A DNA stretch of 29,867 bases, from positions 1-29,867 of the forward strand of contig JBGGMM010000104.1 in assembly GCA_041288045.1 (NCBI GenBank), read 5' to 3'. This stretch comes from Pseudobdellovibrionaceae bacterium (GTDB lineage: Bacteria; Bdellovibrionota; Bdellovibrionia; Bdellovibrionales; Bdellovibrionaceae). A model generated the notes under the pieces. It did no database searches. It was given only the letters and a program-made list of their open reading frames with translations, and was not told the DNA's origin. Shown in pieces: positions 7,633-14,961 of the stretch. The position numbers were made by a program, and so were the translations under genes. Each line of letters starts with the position of its first letter. Position 1 is the first letter of the stretch.

Positions 7633-9020
7633 AAAAATCATCACTTCTTCCGCTGATTCTATTCTTTCTCGGTGTCTCACTGGCCTGTTCTTCGATGAAT
7701 TCAAAGTCTTCTGAGAAGCAATTTGAGCTTCGGCCGGTCCAAGAAAAGACTTTGCCCAATGGAATGCGGGTTCTTTATATTCCCGACACGAGCCTTCCAA
7801 GAGTGGGCTATCAGTTGATGATTCGCTCAGGGGCGGCGCGAGATCCGCAAGGTTCCGAAGGCTTGGCAGCAATGACAGTCGCTTTGTTGGAGCAAGGATC
7901 CAAGAAACGCAAGGCTCTTGAAATCGCCGATGACTTTGCTCAATTGGGATCTTCGTTCAACGAGTCCAGTGCGATGGATTACATGATGCTGACGACTTCG
8001 GGACTGTCGCAGTTTAAGGATCAGCTTTTGGATCTTTATGCGGATGTCATTCTCAATCCAGCTTTTGCTCCTGCCGAAGTGGAAAGAAAAAGATCCCAAG
8101 TGCTTGCCGAGCTGATGCAGTTGCCGGATCGCCCTTCGGAATACGCGGCTCTTCTTTTGGACCGAGAGGTTTTTGGACAGCACCCTTACGGCCATCCCGT
8201 TCTTGGGACCATCAAAAGCGTCAAAGGCATTCAAAGGGATCAGATTGCCAAATTTTATTCGGCACAATTTCAGCCCGCCAACGCTATTTTGGCCATCACT
8301 GGAAATTTTGACGAAGCTTTCAAAGAGCGAGTGGAAAAAACTTTTTCTCCTTGGCAGGGAAAGGCTTTGGAAAATTTTGAAATGCCAATCCCAAAAGCAC
8401 ATGTGCAAAGATCTTTTAAGCTTTACACCAAGCCTGGATTGCAACAGACACAGATCCGAATTGGTCAGCTGGGAATTGCTAGAAATGATCCCGATTTTCT
8501 CAAGCTTCGCATGGGCAATGTGATTCTTGGCGGGGCTTTTGCCAGTCGGTTGAATCAAAAAGTTCGCGATGACCTCGGGCTGACCTATTCGATTTCATCT
8601 CAGTTCGATGCCAAATTGCGCACTGGCAGTTTTGAAATCAGCACTTTCGCTCGCAATGACAAAGTTGCAGAAGCCATCAAAGCCAGTTTGCAAGTGGTGG
8701 ATGAATTTCAAGCCAAGGGCATCACGGAAAAAGAGCTCAATGCGGCCAAAGCTCTTTTGATCGGCCAATTTCCGGCGGCCATTGAAACCACGGATCGATT
8801 GGCTTTCAATCTGCTAATTCTTCGGGCCTATGGAGTTTCTGATTCTTACTTGACCGACTTTTTTCAGAATGTGAATTCAATCACTGTGGCTGATATCAAT
8901 GAAGCGATCAAAAAGCATGTGCACCCTGAATGGATGAAGGTTGTTCTGTTTGCCGACGAAAAAGCTGTGCAGAAACAGCTCGTGGATTTCGGCAATTTTC
9001 AAGTTGAACAGATCCCCTGA
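7629..9020 (+). CDS. M16 family peptidase, non-catalytic partner subunit (probable lipoprotein)
   Basis: M16 fold motifs, but HxxEH is replaced (AMTVAL). Retains SRL...VR...GLTY (R/Y pair). Lipobox SLAC. ATGA overlap with the upstream M16 gene. Confidence 0.9.
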   Translation: MKKSSLLPLILFFLGVSLACSSMNSKSSEKQFELRPVQEKTLPNGMRVLYIPDTSLPRVGYQLMIRSGAARDPQGSEGLAAMTVALLEQGSKKRKALEIADDFAQLGSSFNESSAMDYMMLTTSGLSQFKDQLLDLYADVILNPAFAPAEVERKRSQVLAELMQLPDRPSEYAALLLDREVFGQHPYGHPVLGTIKSVKGIQRDQIAKFYSAQFQPANAILAITGNFDEAFKERVEKTFSPWQGKALENFEMPIPKAHVQRSFKLYTKPGLQQTQIRIGQLGIARNDPDFLKLRMGNVILGGAFASRLNQKVRDDLGLTYSISSQFDAKLRTGSFEISTFARNDKVAEAIKASLQVVDEFQAKGITEKELNAAKALLIGQFPAAIETTDRLAFNLLILRAYGVSDSYLTDFFQNVNSITVADINEAIKKHVHPEWMKVVLFADEKAVQKQLVDFGNFQVEQIP

Positions 9021-9034
9021 AGAATTTCAGGGGA
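9013..9034. terminator. Hairpin between convergent genes (possible terminator)
   Basis: TCCCCTGAA-GAAT-TTCAGGGGA, perfect 9-bp stem overlapping the M16 stop codon. No immediately adjacent U-tract. Confidence 0.5.
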
Positions 9035-9039
9035 GAGTC

Positions 9040-9750
9040 TTATTTTTTCTTCATTTTGATAAAGACATAAATCGCCAGTCCGGCAAGCAGAACCGCAATT
9101 CCCAGCAGCATCATTTTGGTGCGGCTTCCTTGGGCTGCCGATCCTCCGGCTTCGGGCATCATCAGATCAGATGGCATGGCATTGCCGATGGGCGCGCCTA
9201 ATGTTTCTCCACCAGGTCGAATGGGCCCCAGTTCAGGCTTGTCTAAAAGATTTTTTGTGGCAATCACTCTTAAGCTTTGTGCGGCTTTGAAAAAATCCTG
9301 GCTGTATTTGGTGTAAAAGTCTTTATGTGCACTAAAAGTGATCAAAATCGCAATTCGATCTTTGATCGTTGCCAAATAGCGAGTGAAATAATTGGGCACT
9401 TCGCTGCCCATATGCAGTCCGTCGACCCACACTTGATCTGAGATTCGGTTTTGTTTGGACGGAGAAACGACTCGAGATGGAACGGCGCCTGCGACTTGTG
9501 CTTTTTGAGGAGTGTTCAGGTGCTGAGTGTAAGAATCAAAAGAATCCGTGGGCCCCACCTCTTTGGCTGTGAGAATGATAATGGCCTGTTTGGAGTCAGC
9601 GGCCGATTCACTCCGGCAAACCCACTCTGTGTGCTCTAGGACGCATTTCCATGTTTCGGGGAGCTCAAAGGCCACATAGGCGTTGCGAAAAACTTTTGCT
9701 TCCAGGGTCAAACTGGTTAAGATAAGCCCTAAGACGGCCCAGATTTTCAT
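9040..9750 (-). CDS. Hypothetical exported protein with C-terminal membrane anchor
   Basis: AAGGAG RBS; signal peptide (..TLEA); Cys pair; Pro/Gly linker; C-terminal hydrophobic helix followed by KMKKK. Confidence 0.85.
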   Translation of the reverse strand: MKIWAVLGLILTSLTLEAKVFRNAYVAFELPETWKCVLEHTEWVCRSESAADSKQAIIILTAKEVGPTDSFDSYTQHLNTPQKAQVAGAVPSRVVSPSKQNRISDQVWVDGLHMGSEVPNYFTRYLATIKDRIAILITFSAHKDFYTKYSQDFFKAAQSLRVIATKNLLDKPELGPIRPGGETLGAPIGNAMPSDLMMPEAGGSAAQGSRTKMMLLGIAVLLAGLAIYVFIKMKKK

Positions 9751-9825
9751 ACATTCTCCTTCGCATGAATAAATTCAGGATAGGAAAGACTGGGCCCACA
9801 GTCAAAGCGTTAGGTTGGTGAAATT

Positions 9826-10731
9826 ATGATGAACTTGTATCAACTCCAGTCCTTTGTCACTGTTATCAGTGAAGGCAGTATGACTGGCGCAGCCGATAAG
9901 CTGTTTCTCACACAGCCGGCCATCAGCCAGCAAATTCGAAATCTGGAAGAGGATCTCGGGGTCGACCTTTTGGTCCGTGGCGTTCGGCAAATCAAACCCA
10001 CTTTGCAAGGGGAAGTCCTCTTTGATTATGCCAAGCGGATTCTGCAACTTTCTCAACAGGCCGAAGTGGCAGTCAAAGCCATGGGAGCTGAACTGAAAGG
10101 TCAGTTGCGAGTGGGCACCATTGATTCCATCGGCGTGCAGCTGATGAGTCCCATTGTCAGTCGATTGCTCAAACACAATCCAGAGCTCAACATCAAAGTC
10201 GAATACGGGCGCGGTGATGATTTGATTCAAAAATTCAAGAGCGAGAATTTGGACATTTTGATTCTTCCCGATGTCGAAGAAGAATTCGCAGAAAACCTCG
10301 ACAATGCCGAAAAGAAATTTCTTTTCAAAGAAGAAATGTGGCTCGTGGGCACTGGCAAGGATTCGGATATGCCAAAGCAAATTGAAGTGGCCGATTACAC
10401 TCGCTATCCAATCATCCTGTTCACTGGCGAATACCCGCAATTCAACAAGTCCTTGCAAGCAGCTCTTGGCAACGCCAAAGTCGATTTGCAACCGACTTTC
10501 GAATCCACCAACGTGGGAACTTTAAAGCGAGTGATCGAATCTGGTTTGGGCTGGGGATTTTTGCCTTCGCTGGCCATCAAAAAACAAGTCCGCATGGGAC
10601 GCTTGAACCGAGTGATGATGAAGGGCTTTGATTACGGCTTAGAATTTTTCTTTTACTCAAAAAAAGCGGCCGAGCTGAAAGATATCACCGAAGTTTTCTA
10701 CCAGGCCTTGCAACAGCAAGAGAGAGCTTAA
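9826..10731 (+). CDS. LysR family transcriptional regulator
   Basis: HTH SMTGAADKLFLTQPAISQQIRNLEEDLG, G.LRVG, V.SGLG..FLP; about 300 aa. Confidence 0.97.
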   Translation: MMNLYQLQSFVTVISEGSMTGAADKLFLTQPAISQQIRNLEEDLGVDLLVRGVRQIKPTLQGEVLFDYAKRILQLSQQAEVAVKAMGAELKGQLRVGTIDSIGVQLMSPIVSRLLKHNPELNIKVEYGRGDDLIQKFKSENLDILILPDVEEEFAENLDNAEKKFLFKEEMWLVGTGKDSDMPKQIEVADYTRYPIILFTGEYPQFNKSLQAALGNAKVDLQPTFESTNVGTLKRVIESGLGWGFLPSLAIKKQVRMGRLNRVMMKGFDYGLEFFFYSKKAAELKDITEVFYQALQQQERA

Positions 10732-10745
10732 CGCTCTCTCTTTTT
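10718..10745 (+). terminator. Intrinsic terminator overlapping the LysR stop codon
   Basis: AAGAGAGAGC-TTAAC-GCTCTCTCTT-TTT: 10-bp stem with the TAA stop in the loop. Confidence 0.7.
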
Positions 10746-10759
10746 GCTTACCCAATATT

Positions 10760-11458
10760 TTAGTCGTTGTTCCCGCAATCCAAAGGACCTTGGGTTGTTT
10801 GCAAGAAAGAAGCATCGCGAATTAAGCTGCAAACGGGCTTGTTGAAATCCGAAAGAATTTCGTAGGTGGCATCAAGATCGACATTTGAAATCAACTGTCC
10901 CTTTAAGAGGTATTGATTATAGATGTCGGCTCCATTCACTTGACTGATCACCGCATTGATCCCGATGTAAGCTGGGTATTCGCTACCACTTTGAGATTGA
11001 GGGATTGTCCAGTAGCCTTCAACTTTAGCGCCTGCAGTCGTGTAATAGAGCTGTGAATCTCTCGTCTCAATATTGACAGTTCCTGATCCTTGAGCTGATC
11101 GAACTGTCAATGTAATGACTAAGAGTGAATCCTGTCCACTCAGCTGGCCATTTGCTGAAAGAGTAGAAATTCCGAAAGTTGCATAAGCTTCTAGGGTCAA
11201 AGAGCCGAGGTTGTTTCCAGCACGATTGACGATATCTTTGATTTCAGCACTGTTCGCCATGCCCATTTTCAGGAATGACTGTGCTATTGCCTGATTTTGG
11301 GTCACATTGAGAGGAACCTGCTGCTTAGGAGGATCCTTCTTAGGGCTGTCCTCTTTCTTTTTGTTACAGGCTGTGAGAGCCACTGCAATAACAGCAACTG
11401 CAAAGTAAAGAAACAAAGCTTTTCGTGGTGTCCACCACTGACTTGGAAAAGAACGCAT
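10760..11458 (-). CDS. Hypothetical lipoprotein
   Basis: AAGGAG RBS; basic N-region, hydrophobic stretch and lipobox LTAC, then a Lys/Pro-rich tether; C-terminal Cys pair. No family recognised. Confidence 0.85.
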   Translation of the reverse strand: MRSFPSQWWTPRKALFLYFAVAVIAVALTACNKKKEDSPKKDPPKQQVPLNVTQNQAIAQSFLKMGMANSAEIKDIVNRAGNNLGSLTLEAYATFGISTLSANGQLSGQDSLLVITLTVRSAQGSGTVNIETRDSQLYYTTAGAKVEGYWTIPQSQSGSEYPAYIGINAVISQVNGADIYNQYLLKGQLISNVDLDATYEILSDFNKPVCSLIRDASFLQTTQGPLDCGNND

Positions 11459-11689
11459 AACAACTCCTTAGGTAAAAAGTCCTCACACGACAATTGAGCA
11501 AGGGGTCTGCCAACTTATAAGCACTATAAGCAGGTTTGAGACTCAAGTTAAAAGCGAATGGCCGTTTTTTGCTCCTAGCTGTCGAGAAAATGCAGGGGAT
11601 TCAAGCACTTTGCTTTTGAAAAGACTTGGTCGTTTCGTCAGTCAGCTGAATCTGGCGGGGGTATCGGTCACAGCAAAAACCAACATCCG

Positions 11690-11788
11690 AGCTCCCTCTT
11701 CTCTTCGCCTTTAAGTCCTTCTGGACATGACGTCCAGAAGGCAGCCTTCCATGGACGGATGCACTCGCGTTTACCCTCGGCACCGCTG
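11690..11788 (+). repeat. Structured intergenic repeat, copy C
   Basis: AGCTCCCTCT (shared with copy A), TCTTCTCTTC (shared with B), hairpin CCTTCTGGAC-ATGAC-GTCCAGAAGG (11717-11741), CAGCCTTCCATGGACGG, CGGCACCGCTG (shared with A). Confidence 0.85.
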
Positions 11789-11797
11789 AGCTGGAGA

Positions 11798-11860
11798 CCC
11801 TCCATCCACGATGTTGACCGTCGGCACGCTATACCAACGGACAACATCGTGGATGGAGGG
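11798..11860. repeat. Long hairpin (19-bp perfect stem plus 6 further pairs)
   Basis: CCCTCCATCCACGATGTTG (11798-11816) pairs with CAACATCGTGGATGGAGGG (11842-11860); inner CCGT/ACGG and GG/CC pairs. Confidence 0.9.
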
Positions 11861-12088
11861 GGCGTCGCGAAGTTATTTCCCCAAAGTGGTGTGCGAAGCC
11901 TGCGTCTTCGCCTGATCGTGAACATCCGTGTCCGTTGCCTCACCCCTTCGGGGCTCGCCTGCGGCGAGTTTCCAGAAAACTTTTAAGATTGAAGACGGCA
12001 CAGTTGTGCTTGAGATGCTGTGACCGACACCCCATTTCATTTAAGTAACTGCAACGACGAGGCTTGAGGCGATGAGATGAGGCGCGGA

Positions 12089-12928
12089 TCAAAACAAAGC
12101 TGAATCTGGCCAGCCCATGCGAGCTGCGACGATTCTTGTGATTTCGGTGGCGGTTTCTTCGAGGGCTCGTTCGGTGACGTTGAAGACGGGCCATTTTTTG
12201 TTTTGTTTGAAGATCTGGTGGGCGTATTCGATTTCCTTGGCGATATGTGAAAGTGAGGCGTATTCGCCGCCGGGGTCTTGGCCGAATTTTTCCAGGCGAT
12301 TTTTTCTGATTCGCTGAAGGCTTTCGACGTCGATGATGAGGCCGACAATTTTTCTTTGATCGACTTGAAAAAGCTGTTGAGGCAGGGGAGTGTTCAGAAC
12401 CAAGGGGATGTTGGCGACTTTCCAGCCCTTGTGGCTGAGAAAAATCGACAGCGGGGTTTTCGATGTGCGGCTGATGCCCACCAAAACAATATCGGCCTTA
12501 TCCAGTTCAGAAAAAGTTTTTCCGTCATCGTGCTTCACTGTGTATTCGATAGCTTCAATGCGCTTGTAATAGCGATCATCCACAGCTCGCAAAAGGCCAG
12601 CTTGAAAAGGCTGATTGGAATTGACTCCGAAATAGCTGTCCAGGGTTTGCAGAACCGGTCCCAAAAGATCAATGGCCGGAATGGCCTTGCCTGTGGCCAA
12701 TTCAAAAATTTTGGCTCGCAATTGAGAGCTCACCACAGTGTAAACAATAATTCCTTTACGCTCAAAACACTCTTCGATGATTGGTTCGACTTGGGCTTCA
12801 GTGCGAATATTTTTACAGCGGACCATTTGCACTTCTCGGTCGGCGTACTGAACAAGGGCCGCGCGAATCATCGTCGCTGCCGTTTCGCCGGTTCCATCCG
12901 AAATCAAATAAATCGTCCCTGCATCCAT
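12089..12928 (-). CDS. Pyruvate phosphate/water dikinase regulatory protein (DUF299 kinase-pyrophosphorylase)
   Basis: ISDGTGETA, Y..RIEAIEY...HDDG, ADIVLVGISRTSKTPLS, ANIPLV, EETA. SRTSKTP is the PDRP/YqfL-type variant. Confidence 0.95.
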   Translation of the reverse strand: MDAGTIYLISDGTGETAATMIRAALVQYADREVQMVRCKNIRTEAQVEPIIEECFERKGIIVYTVVSSQLRAKIFELATGKAIPAIDLLGPVLQTLDSYFGVNSNQPFQAGLLRAVDDRYYKRIEAIEYTVKHDDGKTFSELDKADIVLVGISRTSKTPLSIFLSHKGWKVANIPLVLNTPLPQQLFQVDQRKIVGLIIDVESLQRIRKNRLEKFGQDPGGEYASLSHIAKEIEYAHQIFKQNKKWPVFNVTERALEETATEITRIVAARMGWPDSALF

Positions 12929-13488
12929 TAATAATCCCCAAGAAGTAAAAGGACTTCTTTTTGAATTCGCTCAATATGCGGCTTCAGCCAGGGGTCGCCC
13001 AAAGTTGAAGTCACCATAAAAATGTAATCCGGATGAGGTTTGAAAATCAGAGCTTGTCCTCTTTCAGAACGGAGAACTTGCAAATCCATCAGCTGCGAAA
13101 AAATTTCGGGGGAATTCACTCTTCGGACTTCGACCAAACTCATGTCAGGAAAGCGAAAAGGGATTTCAATTTCCACGCCCTTGAGTGGAAAGTGATCGCC
13201 TTGATCAAAACCGGCAACAGCTTTCCACTGAGAATCCATTTGAGTGAAGAGCAGGCCAGAATCAAAATACGGGGCAAGTTTGGCAAAAAGAGCTTTCACC
13301 CTGAGAGTGAGGTCATTGGGAAGTCCCATTCGAATCAAATCCAAATGGCCCAGATCCGTCATCGCCACAAATGCCGGGCGCTCACTGGGAATTTCTGTCT
13401 TTTGCAAAGGCTCTTTGTCTAGAAGGTGTTCCAATTGCTTTTGCAGAACTTGCACTTGATTGAAAAAAAGCCGACTGATTTTATCCAT
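12928..13488 (-). CDS. Hypothetical protein
   Basis: ATG 13488 overlaps the end of the upstream gene, and the TAA overlaps the downstream ATG (TAATG), indicating translational coupling within an operon. Confidence 0.8.
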   Translation of the reverse strand: MDKISRLFFNQVQVLQKQLEHLLDKEPLQKTEIPSERPAFVAMTDLGHLDLIRMGLPNDLTLRVKALFAKLAPYFDSGLLFTQMDSQWKAVAGFDQGDHFPLKGVEIEIPFRFPDMSLVEVRRVNSPEIFSQLMDLQVLRSERGQALIFKPHPDYIFMVTSTLGDPWLKPHIERIQKEVLLLLGDY

Positions 13489-13948
13489 GGAGTGAATCTT
13501 CCTTATCAGCAACAATGGTCAATGAGTTCGGGTCTCCTCCCGATTTTTTCCAAAGTTTTTCAAATTCAGCGATAGAGATTTCTTGCGGCAGAAAGACGCG
13601 CACAGAAGGAGACTTGAGCTTTCGCCATTTCTCGGCCGCAGTCTCTGCCCAGGTTTCCAGACGCTCACTCCCGCGAATCACCATCACCCAACGATTGGGA
13701 AGATTCTGAGAAGACAGGATCAATAAGGCCTCGGTGTCTGTGGGCGCCCAGTCATAAGATTCCAACTGGCAGTTTTTCAAAACTTCCAAAATGGGTTGAG
13801 CCAGATTCTTGGTCTCATGATGAACAGCTTTTGAAATTTGAAAATTCAAATACCAATCCAGTTTTTGAGCGATCTGCGAATTTTTTCTTTCCGGAAGAAT
13901 CCACAAATCAGAACCTGGTCCAAAAACGGAATCTTCAGAGATCTGCAT
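13481..13948 (-). CDS. Hypothetical protein (weak resemblance to stand-alone M17 aminopeptidase N-terminal-domain proteins)
   Basis: TGATG coupling to nusB. LDWYLN..IS resembles the xDWRL...S motif I recall for that family; the family call is tentative. Confidence 0.75.
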   Translation of the reverse strand: MQISEDSVFGPGSDLWILPERKNSQIAQKLDWYLNFQISKAVHHETKNLAQPILEVLKNCQLESYDWAPTDTEALLILSSQNLPNRWVMVIRGSERLETWAETAAEKWRKLKSPSVRVFLPQEISIAEFEKLWKKSGGDPNSLTIVADKEDSLHG

Positions 13949-14343
13949 CAGGACCCCTTTGCCAGATGATCCAAAACCCCATTGATAAAGCTTGCGGAGT
14001 CAGAGGTTCCGTATTTCTTTGCCAGTTCAACGGCTTCATCGATAACGATGTTCGGCTTTAAAGCATCCGCCATGATCCGCATTTCAAAAGTCGCCATACG
14101 AAGAATGTTGCGATCCACAATGGCCATTCGTGAAATTTTCCAGTGAGAGCTCGCAGCTTGGATCAATGGATCGATTTTGTCTTTGTTGGTTTTGACTCCG
14201 TTGATCAGAAGATCGGCGTAATCCACCACATCTTGAGAAAAGGATTGCTCAAAGACTTCCAAAAATTCGGCATATTCAATTTGTGGAGCGAATTCAATTT
14301 GAAATAGAATCTGCAGAGCGAGTTCGCGGGACTGGTGGCGCAT
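13948..14343 (-). CDS. nusB: Transcription antitermination factor NusB
   Basis: R..SRELALQ.LFQ, ID..I......W...R...VDRNILR.A.FE, IDEAVELAKKYG..DS..FINGVLD. Confidence 0.97.
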   Translation of the reverse strand: MRHQSRELALQILFQIEFAPQIEYAEFLEVFEQSFSQDVVDYADLLINGVKTNKDKIDPLIQAASSHWKISRMAIVDRNILRMATFEMRIMADALKPNIVIDEAVELAKKYGTSDSASFINGVLDHLAKGS

Positions 14344-14848
14344 CTGAAGCTGGCCTTTCCGGTGTCAATGGCAATTGGGTTTGTGGATCATAGACATCGA
14401 TATTCTCTTGATCCTCCAATGTTTCCACGAACTCCTGAACATCTTTAAAAGTTCGGTAGACACTGGCGAATCGGACATAGGCGACGTCATCTAGCAGTCT
14501 AAGCTCCATCATTACTTTTTGTCCAATCAAACGAGAGGGGATTTCCTTTTCACCACGATTGATGACCCAAGAAGAAATCCGATCGACCACAGCGTCCAAT
14601 TGGGCCGAGCTCACAGGCCGCTTCTGACAGGCTGCCTGCAGGCCCTTAAAAATTTTCTCTTTGCTAAAAGGCTCTCTGCGGCCGTCTTTTTTGACAATCA
14701 TCGGAAAGTTGAGATTCAAAGTTTCCACTGTTGAAAATCGGGATTTGCATTTGAGACATTCGCGCCGTCGGCGAATCAATTCGCCTTCTTTTTGCTCGCG
14801 GGTGTCGAGCACTCGATCTTCATTGTGTCCACAGTATGGGCATTTCAC
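14294..14848 (-). CDS. nrdR: Transcriptional repressor NrdR
   Basis: GTG start at 14848 (MKCPYC), IRRRRECLKC..RFST.E zinc ribbon, ATP-cone VKKDGRRE.F, AYVRFASVYR.F; AAAGGTG RBS. Confidence 0.97.
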   Translation of the reverse strand: MKCPYCGHNEDRVLDTREQKEGELIRRRRECLKCKSRFSTVETLNLNFPMIVKKDGRREPFSKEKIFKGLQAACQKRPVSSAQLDAVVDRISSWVINRGEKEIPSRLIGQKVMMELRLLDDVAYVRFASVYRTFKDVQEFVETLEDQENIDVYDPQTQLPLTPERPASDAPPVPRTRSADSISN

Positions 14849-14915
14849 TCGAAAGCACACCTTTCAGACGAAGGTCCTGGAAGCTCCTTTCACGGTAGCG
14901 ACAGTCCTAACACGG

Positions 14916-14932
14916 GGTCAAGTTCGTTGACC
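14916..14932. promoter_or_regulatory. Inverted repeat GGTCAA-N5-TTGACC (back-to-back -35-like hexamers or operator) in the nrdR divergent region
   Basis: Perfect 6-5-6 dyad. TTGACC reads on both strands, followed by TAAGTC at N17 (+) and TACCGT at N18 (-). Confidence 0.4.
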
Positions 14933-14961
14933 TTCGGCTGGTTTCGCGCTAAGTCAAAGAG

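Larger units (their letters stand above)
11658..12033. mobile_element. Candidate non-autonomous MITE/REPIN-like element (376 bp) with 18-bp terminal inverted repeats
   Basis: GGGGTATCGGTCACAGCA (11658-11675) versus TGCTGTGACCGACACCCC (12016-12033), 17/18 inverted match. Interior has no credible ORF and is hairpin-rich. No target-site duplication directly flanking. Confidence 0.55.

Noticed and set aside
9766..9777. Dyad TGAAT-AA-ATTCA as the LysR autoregulatory box
   Set aside because: 12 bp long, does not fit T-N11-A geometry, and short AT-rich dyads arise easily by chance.
11601..11986. Short ORFs (60-91 aa) inside the repeat element as a transposase remnant or toxin
   Set aside because: No HUH/DDE motifs, no hydrophobic toxin-like helix, no RBS; they run through GC-rich hairpins.
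1673..12033. CRISPR array interpretation of the hairpin repeats
   Set aside because: Only three degenerate copies, inverted or 10 kb apart, with no regular repeat-spacer period and no cas genes.
11658..12033. Tn3-family MITE because the ends begin GGGG
   Set aside because: The inverted repeat is 18 bp rather than ~38 bp, lacks the internal TAAG, and has no 5-bp target duplication (TGGCG versus ATTTC).
11560..12088. Known structured RNAs (tRNA, tmRNA, RNase P, SRP, 6S, c-di-GMP-I riboswitch) in the long intergenic gap
   Set aside because: No T-loop GTTCRA/CCA cloverleaf, no RNase P GAGGAAAGTCC, no GEMM GGCAAAC...GACGCAAAGC pattern found by eye on either strand. An Rfam scan is still needed for a definitive answer.
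2102..12931. Long antisense ORFs (2102-2803, 3631-4365, 7827-8558, 9802-10491, 12278-12931)
   Set aside because: Each lies almost entirely opposite a well-supported gene and shows no motifs; typical shadow ORFs.
14294..14400. Frameshift or pseudogene call for nrdR because of its long tail
   Set aside because: Zinc ribbon, ATP cone and YVRFASVY end motif are all intact in one frame; only the dispensable tail is extended.
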